DNA of 64,000 nucleotides. Origin: Candidatus Margulisiibacteriota bacterium (lineage in GTDB: Bacteria; Margulisbacteria; Marinamargulisbacteria; JBFWNS01). Shown here in pieces: positions 19,641 through 27,872 of the stretch; the first letter of the stretch is position 1; the number at the start of each line of letters is the position of its first letter. Both the position numbers and the translations under genes were made by a program. Location: positions 63,569 through 127,568 of the forward strand of contig JBFWNS010000007.1 of NCBI GenBank assembly GCA_050250935.1, given 5' to 3'. Below the pieces are notes generated by a model. The model was not told where the DNA came from and searched no databases. It saw nothing but the letters and a program-made list of their open reading frames with translations.

Positions 19641-19730
19641 GCCGTGGTGGTGGAACTGGTAGACACGACGGACTTAAAATCCGTTGCCAATAACACTGGC
19701 GTGCCGGTTCGATTCCGGCCCTCGGCACCA
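19641..19730 (+). tRNA. tRNA-Leu(UAA)
   Basis: Anticodon arm ACGGA-CTTAAAA-TCCGT, long variable arm, GGTTCGATT T-loop, encoded CCA. Confidence 0.96.
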
Positions 19731-19780
19731 GTTTCGCAAAGCGAAACTGGTGCTTGATTTGAATCACAAAAATGGAATTT

Positions 19781-20100
19781 TTGTGGGTCGTTAGGTGAAG
19801 CAAGTTCACCTAACTCCCGCTGCGCGGCCTCTGTCCCAGCTTTTTCCAGAGAGAGGATACTCCGTTCCAGAAATAAGTGGGCTAAAAAAATGATTATAAA
19901 TCGATTGCCAGCGAAGCGAAGCAGTTTCAGATTGTATCCACAAACGACAAGCGTTTGTGGGTCGGAATATTGAACCAAGTTCAATCTTCCTCCCGCTGCG
20001 CGGCCTCTGTCCCAGTTTTTTCCAGAGAAACGGTACTCCGTTCCAGAGATAAGTGGGCTAAAAAAATGGATTATAAACCGATTGCCAGCGAAGCGAAGCA
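19781..20100 (+). repeat. Imperfect tandem direct repeat, two copies of about 145 bp (19781-19923 and 19955-20100)
   Basis: Shared blocks GTGGGTCG...CTCCCGCTGCGCGGCCTCTGTCCCAG...TACTCCGTTCCAGA.ATAAGTGGGCTAAAAAAATG...GATTGCCAGCGAAGCGAAGCA. Confidence 0.92.
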
Positions 20101-20300
20101 ATCCCAAACCGCGCTAAGCGTTATGTGTTCAGCGTTCCCCTCCCACCGGGAGGGGGTAGGGGGTGGGGAACCTTATTAGCGAAATGTCCGAAACCCCATC
20201 CAGCCGAAGGCTGCGTGGGTGAGTTTTGAGCGTAAAGCATAGGTGGGGGGTCCTAGGGGGGCACCTCGCGCAGCGTGGTTCCCACCTAGTCTTACTCGAT

Positions 20301-21695
20301 TTAGGAAATGGAAAGCCCAAACTCCCCAATAAATGCCAAATAGTAGGTTTCTAAAGCCTCTAAAATACTGCTTTTTGGGGTTTGCTCTTTATACCCCATC
20401 AGCCGCTCCAGGCGTTCGGCTAGGGATACGAAGGATTGTGGGTCCTTTAACAGGCTCCCTGTGACATATCGTGGCACCAAATACCGCTGTAAATACTCCG
20501 GATTGGGATCTGGATGTATATTCAAATACGCGCGGTTGTAGAGCTGAATCAACGCTGTGTCTTTGGGATCTTTCCGGGCTTCCAGCAAGTGTCGCAGTGT
20601 GACGTTATGGCTATTGGGGTCGGCAAGCAAGGCCAAAATCAAAGGCCGAAGTTGATCGATGCGTTCAAAGCCCAGGTCGTGAATTTGATACTCGATGTCC
20701 CAGCTTTTTTTGATTTTCTCAAAATACACAGCCTCGGTTAGGCCCTTTAAAAATGGTTGATCCAAAGCTGCATCTTTGGTGGTTTCCCAGGCTTTGCTTT
20801 CGCTGCTATCCAAAGGATCTAGGTGTAAAAAAGCCTTGTTGGGATTGAAATATTTAAGGGCTTTAAGAATGGCCTCGTCATCCAAAGCCCCAGATTCTTG
20901 GGCGGTTTTAAAGGTGTCGAGGTCCAATAAAATCTTGGTTTTAGAGGTCGAAATAATTTTAAGCCAGTACCGATAGACGAAAGGCAAAGGGGCTTGGCCG
21001 TTTTGGGGAAAATCCCGAACTTTTTGCTTGCCCAATTCCAGATTGTCTTGCAAAAACGTATTTACAGGCAGCTTCATGGGCCGAAAATCTGCCAAGGTTG
21101 TCCCGAAGGTTTTTTCCAAGGTTTTAACCAATTCGATACACAATAAAACGTCGTCTCGGGCATCGTGGGTTTGGGCCTGATCCAGCAACTTAAATTGGGT
21201 GGCCAAGGCTTCGAGTGTGAAGCCGAAATAGCGGTTGCCGTCGTCTTTTGTAACGGTGTGCCAGGGAAATCGATCGGGGTATTCAAAGGCCAAAGCCTGC
21301 GAAAAATGCAGCAAGTCCACGTTGTGCAATTTGCCCCTAAAATAGGGATTTAAGCCGTATCGAATCAGCAAGTTGCGCAAAAAGTTCAGGTCGAATTGGT
21401 TGCTGTTAAAGCCCACAAGGTTGCAAATGGGGGTTCGGTTCAGCTGGTCATTTAGAAAGTTGAAAATCTGTTCGGCAGCTTCCCACTCGGGGATTCCAGT
21501 TTGTTGCAAGTTTTCCAGGTTCAGTTGGTTCACCACAATGGCTTCGATGTCCGGTAATTGGGTTCGATTCAAGCGAATGGTTCCACAGCATTCGTCCACG
21601 GGGTTAAAGTCCCGGTCGGTTACAATGAAGGCATAGGATAAAATTTGGCCCAAGAGTTCTCGGGACGAGGTTTCAAAATCGTAGAAAATATACAT
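20301..21695 (-). CDS. DEDDh 3'-5' exonuclease, exonuclease I (SbcB)-like N-terminal domain
   Basis: FYDFETS (ExoI), GFNSNQFDL.FLR (ExoII), HDARDDV (ExoIII). C-terminal half divergent. Confidence 0.8.
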   Translation of the reverse strand: MYIFYDFETSSRELLGQILSYAFIVTDRDFNPVDECCGTIRLNRTQLPDIEAIVVNQLNLENLQQTGIPEWEAAEQIFNFLNDQLNRTPICNLVGFNSNQFDLNFLRNLLIRYGLNPYFRGKLHNVDLLHFSQALAFEYPDRFPWHTVTKDDGNRYFGFTLEALATQFKLLDQAQTHDARDDVLLCIELVKTLEKTFGTTLADFRPMKLPVNTFLQDNLELGKQKVRDFPQNGQAPLPFVYRYWLKIISTSKTKILLDLDTFKTAQESGALDDEAILKALKYFNPNKAFLHLDPLDSSESKAWETTKDAALDQPFLKGLTEAVYFEKIKKSWDIEYQIHDLGFERIDQLRPLILALLADPNSHNVTLRHLLEARKDPKDTALIQLYNRAYLNIHPDPNPEYLQRYLVPRYVTGSLLKDPQSFVSLAERLERLMGYKEQTPKSSILEALETYYLAFIGEFGLSIS

Positions 21696-21760
21696 GGTTT
21701 GATCGCGTTGTTTGACCGTTTTTGAAGATTTTCTTTATAGTAGCACAGGTGAATTTAATC

Positions 21761-21837
21761 GTCCTCGTAGCTCAGTAGGATAGAGCGCTGGATTCCTAAT
21801 CCGGAGGCCATGGGTTCGAATCCCGTCGAGGTCACCA
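21761..21837 (+). tRNA. tRNA-Arg(CCU)
   Basis: Anticodon arm CTGGA-TTCCTAA-TCCGG, GGTTCGAATCC, encoded CCA. Confidence 0.96.
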
Positions 21838-21961
21838 CTTTCCTCAAAATTTGGCGATCTTTCGGCTTTCCGCTTTGGTCGATATCGGCTTCCTTCGGAA
21901 GGCCCCCTAAGATAACTCCCTTCGCGGAAAAGCCAAAATCTCATCCAAATTTTGAGGAAAG
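21838..21961. repeat. 124-bp element bounded by a perfect 17-bp inverted repeat (MITE/REP-like)
   Basis: CTTTCCTCAAAATTTGG (21838-21854) and CCAAATTTTGAGGAAAG (21945-21961), with inner pairing GGCTTTCCGC/GCGGAAAAGCC. Confidence 0.75.
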
Positions 21962-21969
21962 ATTTATTT

Positions 21970-22016
21970 GTGGGTCGTAACTTTGAAGTGAATTCAAAGT
22001 TACTCCCGCTGCGCGG
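21970..22016 (+). repeat. Third full copy of the GTGGGTCG-hairpin-CTCCCGCTGCGCGG element
   Basis: Same flanks as 19783 and 19957 with a different, fully paired stem TAACTTTGAA/TTCAAAGTTA. Confidence 0.88.
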
Positions 22017-22231
22017 CTTGTTCCGTTCTAAACGGGGAAGGGGTGGGGGGCTGTTATGGGGCTTGTTGGGGGCTGTTTGGGATTGTTTGGCGTTAATGGA
22101 GTCTTGGTGGGGAGGGGGCTGTTTTTTTTTGTGGAATTGGGGTTTTGGGCTTTTTTTGCTTTAATGACTGCGGCTTGAATAAGCGGTTACTCAAAAATAG
22201 TTTCAGTCATCATTAAATTAGGATATTTACC

Positions 22232-22777
22232 ATGCTTCCCCTTTCCATTGCGTCCTCTGCGTTTTTGACCACGGATCTTCAGCCGCGGTTTGTGAGTCCT
22301 TTTTCGGATCAGGCCGAGGTGGGCGCTTATGAGGCGATTCCGGGGATTCATCAGTTGTTGCGGTTGTTTCGGAATCAGATTCGGCCGGTGTACCATGTTT
22401 TGAGAACCCTTGATGGGCCTTTGCCTGCTTTGTGGTACGAGTTTGCCGAAGAAACCGTGCCTTTGTTTGATCCCGAGGGGCATTTCGAGTTTGTGGGGCC
22501 CTATGAATGGATTTATCGGGTGGATGGTTTGGGGGCCTTTAACGAGGCTTTTGCCACCCATTTAAGACGCTACCATGTGGATACCTTGGTGGTGGCGGGT
22601 TGCTGTGTGGATGCGACCTTGGTTCCCGTGGTTCAAGGCGCTTTGGATGCGGGGTTTAGGGTGGTGGTTTTGGCTGATGCCCTGACGGGCCCCTCCGCCG
22701 ATACCGCAGCCAACTTGCTTCGCGAACTTCCGGCAGAATGGGTGGATCTCGAGGAGGCTGTCGCTCTTTTTGAGTAA
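22232..22777 (+). CDS. Isochorismatase/cysteine hydrolase family protein (divergent)
   Basis: TTDLQPRF, GAF...LRRYHVDTLVVAG, ALDAGFRVVVLADA. Confidence 0.75.
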   Translation: MLPLSIASSAFLTTDLQPRFVSPFSDQAEVGAYEAIPGIHQLLRLFRNQIRPVYHVLRTLDGPLPALWYEFAEETVPLFDPEGHFEFVGPYEWIYRVDGLGAFNEAFATHLRRYHVDTLVVAGCCVDATLVPVVQGALDAGFRVVVLADALTGPSADTAANLLRELPAEWVDLEEAVALFE

Positions 22778-22848
22778 GACATCTTCCCACCTGTCCGGCT
22801 TTCCCCTATCATAGATAACATCCATTTCCCGTTTTAAAGGAGCCGTCT

Positions 22849-24147
22849 ATGCTCGACCAAGATTTACTGTCGCTTAAAGATAGTTTGCTGCAAAATAATT
22901 CCATTGACGAGTCCATGTACGATCACTACGACGTTAAGCGTGGGTTGCGTAACAAAGACGGCAGTGGGGTGATTGCGGGGTTAACCAAAATCTCGGCTGT
23001 TGTTGGCCAAAAGAAAGTCGATGACAAGCAAACCCCAGTAGACGGTGTCCTAAAATACCGGGGCTACATGATCGAAGAGCTGATTCGTCGCTTTCCCAAA
23101 GGGTCGCGTTATTGTTTTGAAATCACCACCTTTTTGTTGTTGGCCGGACGATTCCCAACCGAAAAAGAACTCAAAACCTTCATCAAAGACATGTGTGATC
23201 ATCGGGAATTGTCCCCAGACATTATGAATTATGTCATTAAAGGCTTCCCCAGCAAAAACGTGATGAACAAGTTGCAGGTCGGGGTTTCGGCTTTGTATTC
23301 GGAAGACGAAAATCCTGATTCTTTGGATGCCATGGATAATTTCCATACCAGCCTTAAAATCATTGCCAAATTGCCCAGCATCATCGCGTATTCTTATTTG
23401 AATGCCTATAAAGATAACCCCACTTTTGCGGTTGCGCCCAAAGAGATGTCGGTAGCCGAATCGTTCTTGTTTATGCTGAACGAAGGCAAGCCCGCTACCG
23501 AAATGGAAGCGTATATTTTGGATTTGTGCTTGGTGTTGCATGCCGAACACGGTGGGGGAAACAATTCCACCTTTGCCACCCGGGTGGTTACGTCCAGTGG
23601 GTCCGATATCTATTCGTCGTTGACGGCGGGGATCGGCAGTTTGAAAGGCCCCTTGCATGGAGCTGCCAATAAAAAAGTAATGGACATGATGGACGACATT
23701 AAAGCCAACGTTTCCAAATGGCACGACATGGACGAATTGAAAGGGTATTTAACCAAAATTATTCAGAAAAAAGTCGGGGATAAATCCGGAAAATTGTATG
23801 GGTTGGGCCATGCGGTTTATACCTTGTCCGATCCCCGAGCCTTGTTGGTGAAAGAACACGCCATTAATCTGGCCACTTCCAAAGGCCGCATGAACGAGTT
23901 GCAATTGTATTTTGATATCGAACGCGAAGCCCCAGAATTGTTCAAAGCCATCAAGGGCAGCGATAAAGTGATTGCGCCAAACATCGACTTTTTCACGGGT
24001 TTTGTCTACGACTGCTTGGGCATCGATTCGCCCCTGTACACCTCGATTTTTGCCATGGCCCGCTCGGCTGGTTGGTGCGCCCACCGCATCGAGGAATTGT
24101 TGTCGGGTAAGCGGATTATTCGGCCTGGGTATAAATATGTTGGATAA
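22849..24147 (+). CDS. gltA: Citrate synthase
   Basis: LHAEHGGGNNSTF, LKGPLHGAAN, GLGHAVY..DPR, PNIDF, ARSAGWCAHR. Confidence 0.96.
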   Translation: MLDQDLLSLKDSLLQNNSIDESMYDHYDVKRGLRNKDGSGVIAGLTKISAVVGQKKVDDKQTPVDGVLKYRGYMIEELIRRFPKGSRYCFEITTFLLLAGRFPTEKELKTFIKDMCDHRELSPDIMNYVIKGFPSKNVMNKLQVGVSALYSEDENPDSLDAMDNFHTSLKIIAKLPSIIAYSYLNAYKDNPTFAVAPKEMSVAESFLFMLNEGKPATEMEAYILDLCLVLHAEHGGGNNSTFATRVVTSSGSDIYSSLTAGIGSLKGPLHGAANKKVMDMMDDIKANVSKWHDMDELKGYLTKIIQKKVGDKSGKLYGLGHAVYTLSDPRALLVKEHAINLATSKGRMNELQLYFDIEREAPELFKAIKGSDKVIAPNIDFFTGFVYDCLGIDSPLYTSIFAMARSAGWCAHRIEELLSGKRIIRPGYKYVG

Positions 24148-24175
24148 CGGGTAGGCCCGCACAACCCTCAGCCAT

Positions 24176-24213
24176 AAAAAAAGGCCTCTCTAAAAACAGA
24201 GAGGCCTTTTTAT
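24176..24213. terminator. Bidirectional intrinsic terminator
   Basis: AAAAAAAGGCCTCTC-N8-GAGAGGCCTTTTT between convergent genes. Confidence 0.85.
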
Positions 24214-24239
24214 TTTATAGATCTTGTGTCGGTTAGAAA

Positions 24240-24449
24240 CTAAAAACTACTTTCCTCGATGTCGTAATCAAGATCGGTGTCGCTGTCTTCGCGGGCTGGG
24301 GCTTCTTGATAATCATAGAGGAGTTGGTTGGAAGCTTCTTCTTGTTGAAGGGCCAAATCGGACAAAACGATTTCTTCGGTTTTGTCGGAGCAGAGGTGGC
24401 AGGCTTGCCAGATCATGCCGTGGATACAGTGGATAACTTGTGTGCTCAA
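24240..24449 (-). CDS. Small hypothetical protein with a CxH...CxxC motif and acidic tail
   Basis: AAGGAGG RBS 7 nt before TTG, TGGTATAAT extended -10 upstream, terminator downstream. Confidence 0.72.
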   Translation of the reverse strand: MSTQVIHCIHGMIWQACHLCSDKTEEIVLSDLALQQEEASNQLLYDYQEAPAREDSDTDLDYDIEESSF

Positions 24450-24522
24450 GGGGGTACCTCCTTTTATCGGTCGACAGTAGTGGGAATCTGAATAAGCAAA
24501 TATTATACCATTGCTGTCAAGA

Positions 24523-25002
24523 TCAAGATTGGGTTTTAACTTCGTCTAAACCCGCTTGAATAATGAACAAGCCACCATGATGATCGCTGAGAACCCAGGT
24601 TTCATCCTGGTCGTCGATGCCTAAAAATCCGCCCAATTGCTTGATGCTGTCTTGGTCGGAAATGGAGGCTTTGAGGTCTTTGAAGCGTTTTTTAATGCGT
24701 TCAAGTTCTTCTTTTTCTGCGCCCACCACCAAGGCCAAATCGACGGACTCGTGAATGCCAAGCGCATGAAGGGCGGCCTGTTGCTCGTGTTGAATATGAA
24801 CCACTTGGATTTCTTGAAGGGCTTCCATCACATTGACATTCAATCCGGGTTGCCGGCTGACTTTGCCAACGGCATCCAAACTGATGTGGAGTAGGCTTAA
24901 AATTTCTTTGAGTTCTGGGGTATTAAAATGTTTGCCAACCGATAAATCGGTGTGTCGAAGCGGGGTGTGTCCAGAAACATTGGGGTTAAACGAGATGCTC
25001 AT
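24523..25002 (-). CDS. Hypothetical protein (159 aa)
   Basis: ATGA overlap with the upstream ORF. No recognised motif. Confidence 0.7.
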   Translation of the reverse strand: MSISFNPNVSGHTPLRHTDLSVGKHFNTPELKEILSLLHISLDAVGKVSRQPGLNVNVMEALQEIQVVHIQHEQQAALHALGIHESVDLALVVGAEKEELERIKKRFKDLKASISDQDSIKQLGGFLGIDDQDETWVLSDHHGGLFIIQAGLDEVKTQS

Positions 25003-25304
25003 AAGCGGCCCCCTTTGGGATGAACACTGATGGTGACCATATCCGATTCGGTGGCGTTTTCCATAAAATAAGCGCCCAAGGCCAGCATGCGCCGTTTGTC
25101 TTGGTTCGTGCCTTCTTTGTTGTTTACAAAAATTTTGCCGGAATGCCGTTCATACAGATAGGCAATGCCTTTTTCGAAAGGCGGTTTGTGGTAGAGCACA
25201 ATTTTGTCGTCGTTTTCTGCGTAGATCACCTTACTGCCGTCGGGCAGGGTTTTGGTTTCATCGGCAAATTGGACAATTTTGGCTTTGGCTTTTTTGGCGC
25301 TCAT
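24999..25304 (-). CDS. Hypothetical protein (101 aa)
   Basis: Tightly packed after folC in the same orientation. No recognised motif. Confidence 0.7.
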   Translation of the reverse strand: MSAKKAKAKIVQFADETKTLPDGSKVIYAENDDKIVLYHKPPFEKGIAYLYERHSGKIFVNNKEGTNQDKRRMLALGAYFMENATESDMVTISVHPKGGRL

Positions 25305-25313
25305 TGGCGTTTA

Positions 25314-26498
25314 TCATACCCAATCTTGTTGGGAAAAACCAGCCGAAACCAGCAGGCCTAGAAAATAAATGGAGCCTGAAATAACCAACAACGGTGCCTT
25401 GGGCAGGGAATCGGTTAAAGACCAAGTTTGAAGGGTTGGGTGCGCTTTTTTAAGCGAGGCATAAGTGTGGGCGTCGGGGGAAAAAGTACAGTAATATACC
25501 GGATGGGGCGCCAGTTGATTTAGCATTTGATTGGCGTTTTTTGTTTTGAGAATCCCGACCAAAAAGGTGGGCGTTTGGGTTGGAAATCGGTCTTGAAGGG
25601 CTTTTTGTAGGGCCGAAATGCCAGAGGGGTTGTGGGCGGCGTCGATGACCAATGTTTGGGTGGGGGTTTGGATTACGGTAAAACGACCCGGGTTTTTGGC
25701 CAATGCCAAGCCCGTTTTGGCGGTTTGAAGTTGGGTTGTGCTGAGTTTTTTTAGCTGAAATAGGGTGTCCAATACTGCGGTTGCCACACCGGCGTTGTCG
25801 CGCTGATAGCTGGCGTTGAGGGCATAGTGGGCAGGCAGAGACGCCAAGGGTTTGGCCAGAATAAAAGGGGCTTGAAGGTGGGTGGCTTGGGCTTGGATCA
25901 CGCCCAGGGCCGCGGGGTGTTGTCTCAGGGCCACCACGGGGATTTTGGGTTTGATGATGCCTGCTTTTTCCCTGGCAATGTCTTGGATGCGGTTCCCCAA
26001 AATGGCCTGATGGTCCCATCCAATTCGGGTGATGACGGACAAGGTTGGGTGTACCACATTGGTGGCGTCTAAACGGCCTCCGAGGCCTGTTTCGAGAATC
26101 ACCACATCGGGTTTTTGGTCCCTAAAATACCCAAAGGCCATGGCGGTTAGGGTTTCGAATTCGGTTAGGGTTTGGGCTTTACTGGCCACTTGGCTGTGAT
26201 GATGCACAAAGTCGGCTTGGGAAATGGGGGTTCCGTTTAATCGAATACGCTCGGTATAGTCTATTAAATGGGGCGAGGTGTAGGTGCCGACGTTTAATCC
26301 AACAGCCTGGAGGGCTGCCGCCAAAAAAGCTGTGGTCGAGCCTTTGCCATTCGTGCCGGCAATGTGCAAGACAATGCCGCCTAGTCTATGGGGATTGCCG
26401 AGGGCCTTGAGGGCCTGTTTGAAGGGCTCTAAATCGTAGCGAATGCCTTTGGATTGAACTTGGGTCGACAAGGCTTCCAAAACCTGGTCATAGGTCAT
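25314..26498 (-). CDS. folC: Dihydrofolate/folylpolyglutamate synthase
   Basis: HIAGTNGKGST, YTSPHL, ETGLGGRLDATN, IAREKAGI, DAAHNP. Confidence 0.95.
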   Translation of the reverse strand: MTYDQVLEALSTQVQSKGIRYDLEPFKQALKALGNPHRLGGIVLHIAGTNGKGSTTAFLAAALQAVGLNVGTYTSPHLIDYTERIRLNGTPISQADFVHHHSQVASKAQTLTEFETLTAMAFGYFRDQKPDVVILETGLGGRLDATNVVHPTLSVITRIGWDHQAILGNRIQDIAREKAGIIKPKIPVVALRQHPAALGVIQAQATHLQAPFILAKPLASLPAHYALNASYQRDNAGVATAVLDTLFQLKKLSTTQLQTAKTGLALAKNPGRFTVIQTPTQTLVIDAAHNPSGISALQKALQDRFPTQTPTFLVGILKTKNANQMLNQLAPHPVYYCTFSPDAHTYASLKKAHPTLQTWSLTDSLPKAPLLVISGSIYFLGLLVSAGFSQQDWV

Positions 26499-26501
26499 GG
26501 T

Positions 26502-27863
26502 CTAGTGGGTTAAAAACCAGCGAATGGCGTCTTGCAGGGTGTTCACGGGAATACAGGTTAAGGTGGTTTTAAGGCCACTGTCTTGGTTTTTTTGAGGAAT
26601 CATGGCGGCTTCGAACCCCATTTTCTCGAATTCAATGAGGCGCTTTTGAAGGTTGGGGACGGCACGAATTTCGCCCGTTAGGCCGACTTCGCCGACCAGT
26701 CCGATTTTTTTGCTGATGGGTTTGTCGTGCAAGGACGAAATAATGGCCAGAACCATGGGCAAGTCCAAGGCCGGTTCCGTAATTTTAAGGCCGCCCACGA
26801 TGTTTAAAATGATGTCTTTGGAGGACAGGGGTAGATTTAGAATTTTTTCCATGGCGGCGATCATCAGGTTGGCGCGGTTGGCATCGACGCCCAAAAAGGT
26901 TCGTTTGGCCATGCCATAGCCCGAGGCCACGACCAGCGCTTGAAGCTCGACCAAGATCACCCGACTGCCTTCGGAAACGGCGGCCACCATCGAACCGGGG
27001 TTGGTGAGGGTGCTTTCATCAACAAACAGTTCAGAGGGGTTGCTAACCCCCACCAAGCCGCTTTCTTTCATTTCAAAAATGCCCACTTCTTGGGTAGAAG
27101 CATAGCGGTTTTTAAAACAGCGCAGCAGCCGGAACCGATGGTTGCGTTCCCCTTCAAAATACAAAATCACATCCACCAAATGTTCCAATACTTTCGGGCC
27201 GGCTATGCCGCCTTCTTTGGTGACGTGGCCAATAAACAGACCAATTAAATGGTGTTCTTTGACCAGTTGAATCAGTTCAACGGCGCATTGGCGAACCTGG
27301 TTGATGCTGCCGGCAATCGAGGGGATGTCGGGGTGAAACACAACCTGGATTGAATCTAGGATAAACACATCGGGCCGTTCTTTAACGATGGTTTTGGCGA
27401 TATTTAGAATATTAACCTCGGCATAAACCAATAAATTCGGAGTGTTGGTGCCCAACCGACGCGAACGCAGCTGAATTTGACTGGCCGATTCTTCGCCGGT
27501 GATGTACAGCACTTTATGCCCTCGGGCCGCCAATTGTTGGGCCACTTGCAAAGACAACGTGGATTTGCCGATGCCAGGTTCGCCACCCAACAGAACGGCG
27601 GCGCCTTTTACCAATCCTTCGCCCAGAACCCGGTCAAATTCTTCCAAATGGGTGCTGATGCGCTCTTCTTCCAACTGTGGAATGTCGTCGATGGGAATGG
27701 GCGCTGCAGCGGCTTTCTTTTTGTGGCCACCGGCAACCGGAGCTTTGATTTTAAGGGTGGTTTCTTCGACCAGGCTGTTCCAGGCCCCACAATCCGTGCA
27801 TTTGCCCTGCCAGCGTGGAAACGGCGTGCCACATTGCTGACAAACAAATTGGGATTGAGACAT
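26502..27863 (-). CDS. radA: DNA repair protein RadA/Sms
   Basis: C4 Zn finger, GEPGIGKST, KNRY motif, GEVGLTGEIR. Confidence 0.97.
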   Translation of the reverse strand: MSQSQFVCQQCGTPFPRWQGKCTDCGAWNSLVEETTLKIKAPVAGGHKKKAAAAPIPIDDIPQLEEERISTHLEEFDRVLGEGLVKGAAVLLGGEPGIGKSTLSLQVAQQLAARGHKVLYITGEESASQIQLRSRRLGTNTPNLLVYAEVNILNIAKTIVKERPDVFILDSIQVVFHPDIPSIAGSINQVRQCAVELIQLVKEHHLIGLFIGHVTKEGGIAGPKVLEHLVDVILYFEGERNHRFRLLRCFKNRYASTQEVGIFEMKESGLVGVSNPSELFVDESTLTNPGSMVAAVSEGSRVILVELQALVVASGYGMAKRTFLGVDANRANLMIAAMEKILNLPLSSKDIILNIVGGLKITEPALDLPMVLAIISSLHDKPISKKIGLVGEVGLTGEIRAVPNLQKRLIEFEKMGFEAAMIPQKNQDSGLKTTLTCIPVNTLQDAIRWFLTH

Positions 27864-27872
27864 GAGGGGCGC

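Noticed and set aside
19781..20100. Possible CRISPR array
   Set aside because: Only two long units, the variable parts are self-complementary stems, and no cas genes are present.
19616..20329. ORFs overlapping tRNA-Leu and its trailer (163, 76, 74 and 66 aa)
   Set aside because: They cross a tRNA and repeats; their internal peptide repeats only mirror the DNA duplication.
13200..21961. tRNA-anchored integrative element or prophage
   Set aside because: No integrase, no duplicated tRNA 3' end seen, and the intervening genes are mostly housekeeping.
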